Assembly (NCBI GenBank): GCA_964388035.1
Contig: CAYLZE010000008.1
Location: forward strand, 10,239 to 74,238
DNA: 64,000 nucleotides
Reading direction: 5' to 3'
Source of the DNA: an uncultured archaeon
GTDB lineage: Archaea; Asgardarchaeota; Lokiarchaeia; Sigyniarchaeales; SOKP01
Position 1 is the first letter of the stretch, and each line of letters begins with the position of its first letter. This document shows positions 49,477 to 59,019 of this stretch, in pieces. The notes below the pieces were generated by a model that did not search any database, was not told the DNA's origin, and worked only from the letters and a program-made list of their open reading frames with translations. Position numbers and translations under genes: made by a program.

Positions 49477-51006
49477 TCAAAATTTATCGGAATCCTCATA
49501 CCAGTCAGGAAACCACTGATAATACTCCTTGGGAAAAGCTTCTTGCAATCCTTTATAAGAAGCTTTAACTAGATCGATTTTTCCTTGTCGATCTTTATGG
49601 GTCACTACTTTCATACTTTCCTCTAAGTTTTCCACAACCTTTCTTACTGCAGACCTGCTTCCACCTATATCTTCTCTAATATCGTCCAATGTCATGTATA
49701 AGCCGGGATTTACTTTATAATCATGCGCAATTACTTTTAAAATATTTTCCTCGTTAACTTCTAAACCATTAAATTTAGAAGGCTTGCTTGATACAAGAGG
49801 AGCATTAACTTCATCATTCCATCGCAAACGGATAGGCTTTGTAAAGAAAGGTAACATTGAGGAAAACCTGTAAATAATCATCTTTTGGACTTCCGTAGTA
49901 CCCGCAACGATTTCTCCGATCTTTCCCTCTCTGACGATACGTTCCGCGGGATAAAACTTGGTTAATCCATCTCCCCCCATTACCTGAACCGCCTTGAGAC
50001 CTGCATCCCTCACATATTCACTAATCATCCATTTTGCAATGGAAGCATCAATCATGGGTTCTAGTCCATCGTCAAGTTGTTTTGCACAATTATATGAAAA
50101 AAGCCTGCCCATCCGATATTTTGCAACAATTTCAGCAATTTCATTTTGGATTCCTGGGAATTGGCTCGTGGCGCGATTAAATTGTATTCTCCTTTTGGTA
50201 TAATGAAAGAGTAATTGAATTATATCTTTCATCACACCTACATAGACCGCTCCCGCGATTAATCGCTCGAAATTAAGACCGGACATCATGACACTCCATC
50301 CTTTACCAATGGGTCCTATTCGGTTCTCATCGGGAATACGCACGTTTTCAAAACTTAAATATGCGTTAGGAACGTTATCAAATCCGACTAATGGATTAAT
50401 TCGTTCTAAAGAAAATCCGGGGGTTCCTTTTTCTACAATGAAGGACGTGATATGACCATATTCCTTTCGCGTAGCAGGATCTTCGCTCGTTTTTGCATAA
50501 ATGAAGTATCTATCAGACACTCCCCCCCCAGTAATATACCGTTTTTTACCATTTATCACCCACTCATCTCCTTCTTTTACGGCTGTTGTCATGACATTAG
50601 CCGCATCTGAACCCGCAAAAGGTTCTGTAATGCATACTGCGCCCAATTTCTTGCCACTAGCTAATTGTGGTAACCATTTTGCTTTTTGTTCCTCTGTAGC
50701 ATACCTTAATAATTGTTCTAAACCTGCTAACATGCTGACTACAAACACGTGCCCGACGGAATACAATCTTCCCAGTTGTTCTGCTACGATACAAGCTCCA
50801 GTTGCTCCTAATTCCAAGCCCCCATATTTTTTGGGAATTCCAGCTCCAAAATATCCTTTATCAGCCACCTCACGAACAATGTCCCAAGGAAATTTCCGTT
50901 TCCAGAAGTATTTTTCAGCGTCTTCAAATTTCGCCTCTACGAATTGTTCTACTTCTTTCGCAATCGCTTTTTGATCTTCATTCCACCAGAAAAAAGCTTC
51001 GCTCAT
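49477..51006 (-). CDS. acyl-CoA dehydrogenase with an extra ~130-aa C-terminal domain
   Basis: ACAD motifs: CITEPFAGSDA, KRYITGGG, GLNFERL, QVMGGDGL, GEIVAGTTEVQKMII. The protein continues about 130 aa past the usual end. Confidence 0.85.
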   Translation of the reverse strand: MSEAFFWWNEDQKAIAKEVEQFVEAKFEDAEKYFWKRKFPWDIVREVADKGYFGAGIPKKYGGLELGATGACIVAEQLGRLYSVGHVFVVSMLAGLEQLLRYATEEQKAKWLPQLASGKKLGAVCITEPFAGSDAANVMTTAVKEGDEWVINGKKRYITGGGVSDRYFIYAKTSEDPATRKEYGHITSFIVEKGTPGFSLERINPLVGFDNVPNAYLSFENVRIPDENRIGPIGKGWSVMMSGLNFERLIAGAVYVGVMKDIIQLLFHYTKRRIQFNRATSQFPGIQNEIAEIVAKYRMGRLFSYNCAKQLDDGLEPMIDASIAKWMISEYVRDAGLKAVQVMGGDGLTKFYPAERIVREGKIGEIVAGTTEVQKMIIYRFSSMLPFFTKPIRLRWNDEVNAPLVSSKPSKFNGLEVNEENILKVIAHDYKVNPGLYMTLDDIREDIGGSRSAVRKVVENLEESMKVVTHKDRQGKIDLVKASYKGLQEAFPKEYYQWFPDWYEDSDKF

Positions 51007-51228
51007 GCGAAAAAAAATATTGTAACTTTAATATACATTATTAAATTGCATTGAACTTAATTTATTTCCCTTATCATTGACAATTAAATATGAGCTAACA
51101 TGCCCGTATCCTAATGAAAAAGACTCTTAATTTGAGAATAGGTATACATCATTGAACAAGTTTTATTGACATGTAAATCGATATTAATATCTGAAAATAC
51201 ATTAATAATGTAGATAATGTCAATCTAA

Positions 51229-51462
51229 GTTGAATGTGATCTAGAAATTCTTGGAGGAAAACCTGTAATTAAGGGAACGAGAGTTCCTGTTTCGTTAATA
51301 TATGAATTAATTGGTTCTAACTACACAATAGAAGAAATATTTAAAGATTATACACGCTTTAATCGAGATGTGATTTTGAAACTACTTAAACTTGGAAAGG
51401 ATGCAGTTAAAAATCTCTCTAACGTGGATATTAATAAGATAATTGCTCACGAGGTACAATAA
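51229..51462 (+). pseudogene. DUF433-like (antitoxin-type) gene remnant lacking a start codon
   Basis: The open frame VECDLEILGGKPVIKGTRVPVSLIYELIGSNYTIEEIFKDYTRFNRDVILKLLKLG contains the DUF433 core GGKPxIxGTRxPV. There is no ATG, GTG or TTG after the upstream TAA at 51226. Confidence 0.5.
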
Positions 51463-51465
51463 TAC

Positions 51466-51555
51466 GTGAAGTTTTTGCTCGATGAACGCGTACCTTATTC
51501 AATGAAAGAAGTTAATCAACAACTTTTGAAAATAAAACTCTTTTTTATGTATTGA
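51466..51555 (+). pseudogene. DUF5615/PIN-like toxin gene remnant (first ~13 codons recognisable, then premature end)
   Basis: The GTG-initiated VKFLLDERVPYSM resembles the MKFLxDENxP start of DUF5615 partners of DUF433. The ORF is only 29 codons. Confidence 0.35.
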
Positions 51556-51738
51556 ACAAGATTCTTCAGCAAATAAAAATTAAAGATTTCAAATGATAAG
51601 ATTTATTATATCCATTTTTTTTACTTCTTATAATTAGTTAAGAAATCAAATTTAATTGGAAGTGAGTCAACGATTTCTATTCCCTCTTCATTACGATTAG
51701 GAATAAGAACTACTAACACCCTTGTTAAGAAGCGATAT

Positions 51739-53289
51739 TTGATTGTCTATTTTTTATTATTAGTATTCAGTGCTCAACCGGCAATCGTTTATTTCTGGTT
51801 TTTTTGGCAATTGTTTCCTACTAACCTCAATCTTACCTTCTTTATCCTATTTCCATTCATATTCGTCTTAGGTATCATGATATTTATTTTAAGTTCCATT
51901 ATCGTAGCAAAAATATTTTTATTAATTGTTAATGTAATACATAAACCAAAAGAAGGCGTTTATGAAAGGACAAATCAAGATAAGGATTATTGTTATTGGA
52001 GTTTGAGAAATCTTATTAAAAAATGGCCTGCTTGGATCTGCAGGCAACTTAATCTTCCTTTATTTGAAATTATAGCATTAAAAATTTTTGGGGTTAAAAC
52101 TTCTTTTTCTAATGCCCTTCATGAGGCATGGATTGATTCAGAATTTATTCAAATGGGGAAAAATGTAAAAGTAGGCCAAGGGAGCCTTGTAACCTCAACA
52201 TTATTGGCTAAAAATAAGTTAATTCTTAAAAGAGTCATTATTGGAGATAATGTAATAACGGGAATTCACTCTACAATCTTGCCCGGAACAATAATAGACT
52301 CTAACACGATTTTAGACACGAATTCTATGACCGCAGTAAATCAGCATTTGGAAGGAAAATCCGTGTATAGAGGTATACCCGCTGAGAAAATTTCACTCCC
52401 ATCCAATCACCAACTATATCCAAGTTTAGAGCAACTTATTTTTAAAAAATCAGAAGAAGAAATAAATTTTAATCAATTACTTAGCGCAGAGGGCAAAGAA
52501 ATAAAAATACCTTTCATGTTTTACGTTTTAAGTGGGATGATAATAATTGGAGGATCTTTCATTCTACCGGGATTTTTATTCGTACTCTTTTTCTTTGGGT
52601 TTCTAATTCCTGGATTCTTAACCACCACCTTTTCTTTCAGCTCTTTTTTAGAGATTAAAACTATTTTAATATTATTTTCGACTCCATTAATTTTTGTTGG
52701 ACTTTATCTTTTGCATCTCTTTTTTATTGCCTTGATTACCAGCTGGTTTTATATTTATGCAGATAAGTATGGTGCCGTGCAAGGAGTATTTGATAGGAAT
52801 TTAGATGAAACATCGCGCGAAATAGACTATTATCACGTGCGTTCATTTCTTTTTAAATATCCTATTTTTTCCATAACTCGTTCACCTTTTCCCTGGTTAT
52901 TGAATTGGGTATTAGCTCTTTGTAGATCTAATCAAATAGGGAAAGGAACCGTATTAGAAGAAACCTTCATCCATAGTCATGTTGATTTCGAGGAAAATTG
53001 CTATTTGGGAACCATGGCCCATATGACAAACCATTTAGTAGACGGTGTATATGGGGAAGAGAACCTGACGTTTTTTGGAATTAAAGTAGGTAAAAATTCT
53101 GTACTTAATGCCCTCACGGGAGGATTACCAGGAACCGAAATTGGCCCTAATTCTACGTTATTACCGATGGCAACTACCGTGAAATACGATAAATTAGAAG
53201 GAAATGGCATTTATTCGGATTTTCCTATTAGACGAATGGATGATGAAAAAATAAAGATGCTTTTAGGAGGAATATTAGATGACAAGTGA
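51739..53289 (+). CDS. polytopic membrane protein with two left-handed beta-helix (hexapeptide-repeat) modules
   Basis: Hydrophobic helices flank two soluble modules. The first is MGKNVKVGQGSLVTS...VIIGDNVITGIHSTILPGTIIDSNTIL. The second is NCYLGTMAHMTNHLV...IKVGKNSVLNALTGGLPGTEIGPNSTL. TTG start. Confidence 0.65.
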   Translation: MIVYFLLLVFSAQPAIVYFWFFWQLFPTNLNLTFFILFPFIFVLGIMIFILSSIIVAKIFLLIVNVIHKPKEGVYERTNQDKDYCYWSLRNLIKKWPAWICRQLNLPLFEIIALKIFGVKTSFSNALHEAWIDSEFIQMGKNVKVGQGSLVTSTLLAKNKLILKRVIIGDNVITGIHSTILPGTIIDSNTILDTNSMTAVNQHLEGKSVYRGIPAEKISLPSNHQLYPSLEQLIFKKSEEEINFNQLLSAEGKEIKIPFMFYVLSGMIIIGGSFILPGFLFVLFFFGFLIPGFLTTTFSFSSFLEIKTILILFSTPLIFVGLYLLHLFFIALITSWFYIYADKYGAVQGVFDRNLDETSREIDYYHVRSFLFKYPIFSITRSPFPWLLNWVLALCRSNQIGKGTVLEETFIHSHVDFEENCYLGTMAHMTNHLVDGVYGEENLTFFGIKVGKNSVLNALTGGLPGTEIGPNSTLLPMATTVKYDKLEGNGIYSDFPIRRMDDEKIKMLLGGILDDK

Positions 53290-54166
53290 AAAAGAGAGTG
53301 CTTCTAAACCAGAACAAGATGTATTGGATTTAACTCAACTTCCAATTACAACGGGAACCTTTTACTGGACACCCACATCGACGATATTATATATCTTACT
53401 TCAATGTTTATCATTAATGATTCCCTTATCCTTGATATTGACATTTTTTACCGATGCATTATATAGTAACTTTTTCCATTGGAGGATTTTTTTTATCGTA
53501 TTTGATATTCTGGCTTGGTGGGGATCGTATCTCCTTGCCAGTATCACGATCGGGAAACTATTATTGTTTTTATTAAAATTAATTCACACCCCAAAAGAAG
53601 GAATGTTCGATATGAAAGGGAAGGACAGGGATTATCAATTTTATTGCTTACGCGTCACGGTTAAAAAGTTTATTTTCTGGATTTGGAATAATTTTTGTTT
53701 TCCATGGGTGGCGAACATGGCGTTCAAAGCATGCGATATGAGAGCAGACTTCAAATCAACCATGTTTGATGGATGGACAGACGTGGAATTTATTGAATTT
53801 GGAAATAATATGATGATAGGACAAGGAGCAGTAGTTCTTTCAAGCATGATTCTGGGAGATAAATTATTATTGAAAAAAACAATTATTGGGGACCACGTCG
53901 TATTAGGAGGAAATTGCGTTGTAGCGCCTGGGACAATCATTGGAAAAGGAACAACCTTGGGTATCTGGGCAGTTACCCATATTAACCAAATACTAGAGCC
54001 AGATTGGATATATATTGGAAGACCCGCTCGTAAATTCGTACCTACTAATACAATGATTGAAGAAAGCAAGAAGAAGTTTATAAGGAGGATTGTTGATACG
54101 GGAGAACGAATTCCGTTTGACGTTAACAAATACAAGCGAGAATTGCGCAAAAAGAGAAAAATCTAG
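53279..54166 (+). CDS. membrane protein with one hexapeptide-repeat module, paralogous to the modules of 51739..53289
   Basis: IHTPKEGMFDMKGKDRDYQFYCLRVTVKKF parallels IHKPKEGVYERTNQDKDYCYWSLRNLIKKW in the upstream gene. The hexapeptide segment is FGNNMMIGQGAVVLS...TIIGDHVVLGGNCVVAPGTIIGKGTTL. There is an 11-nt overlap with the upstream gene (ATGACAAGTGA). Confidence 0.65.
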   Translation: MTSEKESASKPEQDVLDLTQLPITTGTFYWTPTSTILYILLQCLSLMIPLSLILTFFTDALYSNFFHWRIFFIVFDILAWWGSYLLASITIGKLLLFLLKLIHTPKEGMFDMKGKDRDYQFYCLRVTVKKFIFWIWNNFCFPWVANMAFKACDMRADFKSTMFDGWTDVEFIEFGNNMMIGQGAVVLSSMILGDKLLLKKTIIGDHVVLGGNCVVAPGTIIGKGTTLGIWAVTHINQILEPDWIYIGRPARKFVPTNTMIEESKKKFIRRIVDTGERIPFDVNKYKRELRKKRKI

Positions 54167-54318
54167 TCTTCTAAAAAGTAATAATCTAAATACAAGATAA
54201 AAATCAAAGCGATGATCTTCACATCTCTTACCTATACTTCTCATTCTATTAATATATTAATAAAGAAAAAGTGTTATATTAGAAGTAAAAAATAAAAAAA
54301 TTAAAAAAATTAAAAAAA

Positions 54319-55716
54319 TTAAAGACCCCTTTCTATAAGGTTAATCTTATTATTCTCCGCATCTTCTTTAGAGATCTTGTACATGAAACCGAAGATGAGT
54401 ATAGCAATTAAGATGATAATCATTGGTATTATTGACATTTGAAATTTTAATCCAAATTTAGCCAAATCGCTATTAGCAGTTCCTAAGGCGGGATCATAAC
54501 CTGTAAAGCCGGATATGATACTAAAGATAAGCGTTTGAAAGAAGTATGAAAAAGCAGTAAATACTCTCAAGATTCCATTATAACTACCTTCTTCTCGCCT
54601 TCCCGTCTTTAAAGCAGCATTATCGATGCCTTCCGCATAGAGGAGTTTATATACCACGGTAAATGTTCCACTATATGCTACGCCTATAAATGCAAATACT
54701 AATATTGTTCCCAGAAGATCAGTGAAAAATATGAAAGCACCCGCACAGGCTGCTATGATGATCAAACCTATTAAATAAGCTTTTTTTACTCCCGTCCTTT
54801 TAGCAATCCATGCCCAGATAGGGGCGAAACAGAGACTTACTATGCCTGTTACAGCGATTGGAAAAGCAGTTGCACCAATTGATAAACCTAAATTATGTAC
54901 GACAAAAAAATTTAATCCATAGGAGATGCACACTCCACCAACGGAGTATAAGAAAGATGTGAGTGTAATCGCCATCCAGTTTCTATCTCTAAAAATGCGG
55001 GATAATAAATTTTTAACAGAAGAGGAACCCTTTTTCTCACTATCTAATTCCGTTCGAAAAGTTTTCATATCAGCGGGCTCTCGGATCCCAAAACTATAAG
55101 GAACTATGAAGATAAAGACAATTATTATAATAATAAATACAGCAGTTAAATAAGCAGTGGAGCTAAGACCACCAAAGGAAGAGATGAGTGTTGGAACTAT
55201 AAGAGCCGTTGCAATTGCAACAATACCAGTTATAACCCCAAGAAGTCCAGTAAGTTTTCTTCGATCTGAAAGTTCTCTAAATAAATCAGGAAATAATAAA
55301 TCATGATTAACTTCATAGAGGGTCAAGGCGCTTTCATAAATGATCATCATGATTGCTAACCAAATAGCCGCTAATGTCATGTTATTTGTAATGGGAATAA
55401 AGCATATAATCAAAAGAATTGGGCAACTAATCACTCCAATCATTATATAGGGAAAACGCTTGCCAAATTTAGATGTGTACCTTGTTGAACGATCTGTTAA
55501 ATAACCTATTATGGGATCATTCAAACCATCTACGATGGAATAAACAAGGTAAATCACGGTAATCATTGCCTGCGGAATTAATAATACCGCGGCGGCATAA
55601 AATTGAATTTGTCACTATGTAGAGAAAATAAATCCACTAATGACTGCTTGAAATGAAAAAAATAGTATTCTTTTATTGGTAATTTTTTCAGAATATTTAG
55701 TTTTTGATTCTGTCAT
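54319..55716 (-). pseudogene. GPH/MFS-family sugar:cation symporter interrupted by tandem in-frame TAG-TGA
   Basis: The ATG at 55716 gives MTESKTKYSEKITNKRILFFSFQAVISGFIFST, then TAG (55617..55615) and TGA (55614..55612). The same frame continues QIQFYAAAVLLIPQAMITVIYLVYSIVDGLNDPIIGYLTDRS into the 415-aa ORF. It is colinear with the paralog at 59939. Confidence 0.6.
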
Positions 55717-55901
55717 CATTTCTCATTCAATTTTTTTAGTTTTATAATGAAAAGTTTTAAATGATAATATATCATTTATTAAATGATAATATTCATTTAT
55801 ATTCTATCGTATTTAAGTTTTTTTTTCTCATTCGTTTAAAATTTTTTATAACTTCAATCATTAAAGAAAAATTAAAGCACTCGGTAGGTAAATGATTTTT
55901 G

Positions 55902-56564
55902 ATGAATCCGAAAAAAGCAACTAGAGCCCGATCACCCGAAAAAAAGTTAGCTAATTTCAAGAAGATTATTGAAATCGGTAAAAGACAACTTGCAAAACAC
56001 GGAACGAGGGGATTAAGCTTGCGCTCTATAGCGAAGCAGATGAATATGGGGCAAACCAACATTTATAATTATGTACAGAGCAAAAGAGAACTGTGGATCC
56101 TTATAAGATCCAGTTATTATAATGAATTTCTCGTTCCCTTTGATGAGATTATCAAAAATCATGTAGGAGATTATTTAAGTCTATACATGAAACTTGCAGA
56201 ATTCTTTCTTGATTTTGCTGGCAAGGATTATAACAGATTCGAAATAATGTTTTTAATTTCAGCACCTCCATCTAAAAAGAAAGGACCTTATGAACGAGCT
56301 TATGAACCCTTTCAAATAACGAAGAGATTGCTTATCCTTTTGGAAAAGGCAATCGAAGCAGGAGATGTTAGAAAAGAAGAAGAACTGATCAAATTAAATT
56401 ATCAAATATTCAGCATGCTGATAGGTGCGGCAAGAATGGAGGCAGATCTAAAAGATCATTTTCAGATCATTGAACCCTTTGATATAAAATCCCTTTTAAA
56501 ATCTCCCGAAGATTTTCGAAATTATGTGTTAAAAGTCTTAGAAACTATATTAAAAGTAATGTAA
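55902..56564 (+). CDS. TetR/AcrR-family transcriptional regulator
   Basis: N-terminal HTH: IIEIGKRQLAKHGTRGLSLRSIAKQMNMGQTNIYNYVQSKRELW. Confidence 0.7.
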   Translation: MNPKKATRARSPEKKLANFKKIIEIGKRQLAKHGTRGLSLRSIAKQMNMGQTNIYNYVQSKRELWILIRSSYYNEFLVPFDEIIKNHVGDYLSLYMKLAEFFLDFAGKDYNRFEIMFLISAPPSKKKGPYERAYEPFQITKRLLILLEKAIEAGDVRKEEELIKLNYQIFSMLIGAARMEADLKDHFQIIEPFDIKSLLKSPEDFRNYVLKVLETILKVM

Positions 56565-56829
56565 AAACACAGTGTTCCTCAATTTTTTAACACATGTGTG
56601 AACCCTTAAATAGAGTTTATATAAAATAAATATTCTTACTCTTCGATTTTTTCTATAGGCATTACGTTATTAACTTTATTAACAATATAAAATCCTATTT
56701 CTGCGTAGATTAGCATCTTGTAAAAGGATTTAAAGTTAAGAAAATGAAATTAAAAAATGAAGTCAATTAACTTTTTCCGTAAAATTAATTAAAAAAAATT
56801 AAAAAGAAAAAATGAATTATGAAAAAATT

Positions 56830-57309
56830 TTATTGTTCTATGACTTGCGGTATTAGCATTTGAGCAACTTTCTTAGGCATAAGCCAACCGATATAGCTAA
56901 ACACATTTCCAACAACGTAGAGCGATCTTGTTAGTATAATGGTAAAGGGCGTATCTGAAATGACAATACTTATGATTGCAGAAAAAACTCCAATCATTAT
57001 TCCTAAAAAGATGAATTTACCTTTCAATCGAACTCTCGCATCTTTTGAACGAAGAAATTGCCTTAAAAAAAGTGATGTTGTTATAATAACAGATATCAAT
57101 GAAAATAATAAGAAAGTGTTTATATAAAGAAAAGTTTCATTAAGGGTTGCTCCCGAACGTTGACCCAGGATTGTAGGATTGATTACAAGGAAAATTCCAA
57201 GGCCGACATCATAGATAGTACAAATGCTTAAAAAGACCGCCATTATTTTTTTCAAAGATTTAGGATAAATAAGAAGAGAAATAGAGTATATCCAAAGAAT
57301 TAATCCCAA
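56830..57309 (-). CDS. hypothetical polytopic membrane protein (possibly the 3' part of a frameshifted gene that starts at 57472)
   Basis: 159 aa with 4-5 hydrophobic helices. The upstream overlapping ORF 57260..57472 also begins with a TM helix. Confidence 0.4.
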   Translation of the reverse strand: MGLILWIYSISLLIYPKSLKKIMAVFLSICTIYDVGLGIFLVINPTILGQRSGATLNETFLYINTFLLFSLISVIITTSLFLRQFLRSKDARVRLKGKFIFLGIMIGVFSAIISIVISDTPFTIILTRSLYVVGNVFSYIGWLMPKKVAQMLIPQVIEQ

Positions 57310-58022
57310 GGGAACGATTAAGTGGAATGTCAGGTGAAATACTAAATTGGGTTCGCTTAAATTCGCGGTATTTGTATGCTATGCGAAGTCCAATGATAAA
57401 TGATATGATAACATTTATCGTAGTGAAAATTCCGTGAAAAATCTCGATTTCTGGTAAACTTCCTAGTGCCAATAATATCCCCTTAAAACGTTAAACTTGT
57501 TTTATTAAATTCCCAAAAAACGATATAATTAAACTATACTCACTCGACAAAATATTGCTTGGATACTATAGTGTTCCGATTTAAGATCCTTTCATTTGTG
57601 TAAAAAGCGTAAAATTTTTTTTGTTTTTCGTCGGCAATTGAAAAATTATCATTCTTGTCAAAATGGGAGAAAATTCATATGAACTCACTCGTCACTTTCG
57701 TAAATTCTTACCTCATCGGGTCTATATGGTTTCGTTAGGTGAGTACGGTTTGATTTCATTGCAAAGAAAAAGAGTTATATTTAAGTTTTTACTTTTTCCA
57801 TGAATTACATATTATCATAAAAACGTGAAATCTTTAAGAGTATTATTTTATAATTGGTAAAATAACAACAAATACACACAAAGAATTACAAAAAAGCTAA
57901 TGAATGGAGAGAAATAATTCTATAATTTTAATAAATTAAAAGGATTAAAAAAGAAAATAATGGTTTTATTAGCACTATATTTAAGTAATTCAAGAAATAA
58001 AATAAAAAGGAAAATTAAGAAG

Positions 58023-58856
58023 TTATATAATTTTGGGTTTTTCGGAAGGATTCCCTAGCATTTCGCTCATCAACATCTGAAAATTATCAAAATGCCCTGG
58101 AAGTGTTTTTTGAACAAAAAAACATTCTGCAACCTCTAAATCTACTTTTTTTCCAATCGCAATTGCCATAGAACGGAGCAACCTTTCAGCATATTTTTCT
58201 AATTTTTTAAGCTCTTCTGGACTTACATTGGCAGGATCTATATTTGGGGTAAAAATTTCCGCTAATAAGGTAAAAGTCGATTCAAATTTTAGAAAAGAAT
58301 CTACTTTTTTTCTCATGGTTGAAGAAATGTTTACATAATAATTGGGGGGATGCCCCAAAATTCCCATGAACCATACTTCAGAGCACTCATATGGCTTTAT
58401 ATCACCTTTAATTTGTTCGGGATATAAGAGAGGAAATGCCGCAAATGCCCCTGCTTCCGCTGCTATTCTTCCTGTTGCAATATGATCGGGGTGTATTTCA
58501 TATGTTTGCCATGGATCGAAGGTTATTATACGATCTGCCTTTAACTTTCTAACGTGATAAATTAAATCTTTTCTTAATTTTGATCCATCTATGAAACCCG
58601 CATCTGGATATCCTAACATTATAGTCTCCTTTACTCCCAAGATTTCATTTGCGGCTCTTAATTCTTTTTCTCTCATTTCTGCCACATCTTCTAAGGTTAA
58701 ATCCGTTCTAAAAGTGCCTACATTGCCACTCGTGCAGCAAATGGCATATATGTCATGCCCCTCTTCTGCCCATCGGGCAACTGTACCTGCACAAGAAAGT
58801 GCCATGTCATCCGGATGGGCAAAAATAACAACTATATTTAATTTATTATCATTCAA
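58023..58856 (-). CDS. PIG-L/LmbE-family N-acetylglucosaminyl deacetylase
   Basis: VVIFAHPDDMALSCAGT and HPDHIATG zinc-binding motifs. Confidence 0.8.
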   Translation of the reverse strand: MNDNKLNIVVIFAHPDDMALSCAGTVARWAEEGHDIYAICCTSGNVGTFRTDLTLEDVAEMREKELRAANEILGVKETIMLGYPDAGFIDGSKLRKDLIYHVRKLKADRIITFDPWQTYEIHPDHIATGRIAAEAGAFAAFPLLYPEQIKGDIKPYECSEVWFMGILGHPPNYYVNISSTMRKKVDSFLKFESTFTLLAEIFTPNIDPANVSPEELKKLEKYAERLLRSMAIAIGKKVDLEVAECFFVQKTLPGHFDNFQMLMSEMLGNPSEKPKII

Positions 58857-59019
58857 ATTAACTCGCCTCGATTTAATATTGATACCTCTTAATTAAAAGG
58901 ATTATATTGAAATAGAATTTTTTATCTATTTTATACAAATTTGAAGATAACATTTGATTTAATATTTGAATTAAATAAGCAGAGCTTTAAATTATATAAA
59001 AGTAAATTTAAATTTAATA

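Noticed and set aside
54281-54322. Tandem AAAAAATTA-type short repeats. Similar A/T runs occur at 61..125 and 56740..56830.
   Set aside because: This is low-complexity AT-rich intergenic sequence. The unit is too short and irregular for a CRISPR array or a meaningful tandem repeat.
55612-55617. TAG in the GPH transporter as a pyrrolysine codon.
   Set aside because: No pyl genes are visible in the window and TAG is immediately followed by TGA. A double recoding event is far less likely than a pseudogene or a sequence error.
55793-56062. 89-aa minus-strand ORF overlapping the start of the TetR gene.
   Set aside because: It overlaps the well-supported TetR HTH coding region and has no motifs. 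It is a shadow ORF.
57663-57803. 46-codon ORF (MGENSYELTRHFRKFLPHRVYMVSLGEYGLISLQRKRVIFKFLLFP) in the 550-bp gap upstream of the PIG-L gene, with a 6-bp ACTCAC/GTGAGT pairing.
   Set aside because: It has no recognisable family, no clear ribosome-binding site, and the stem is too short to argue for an ncRNA. Kept only as a note.
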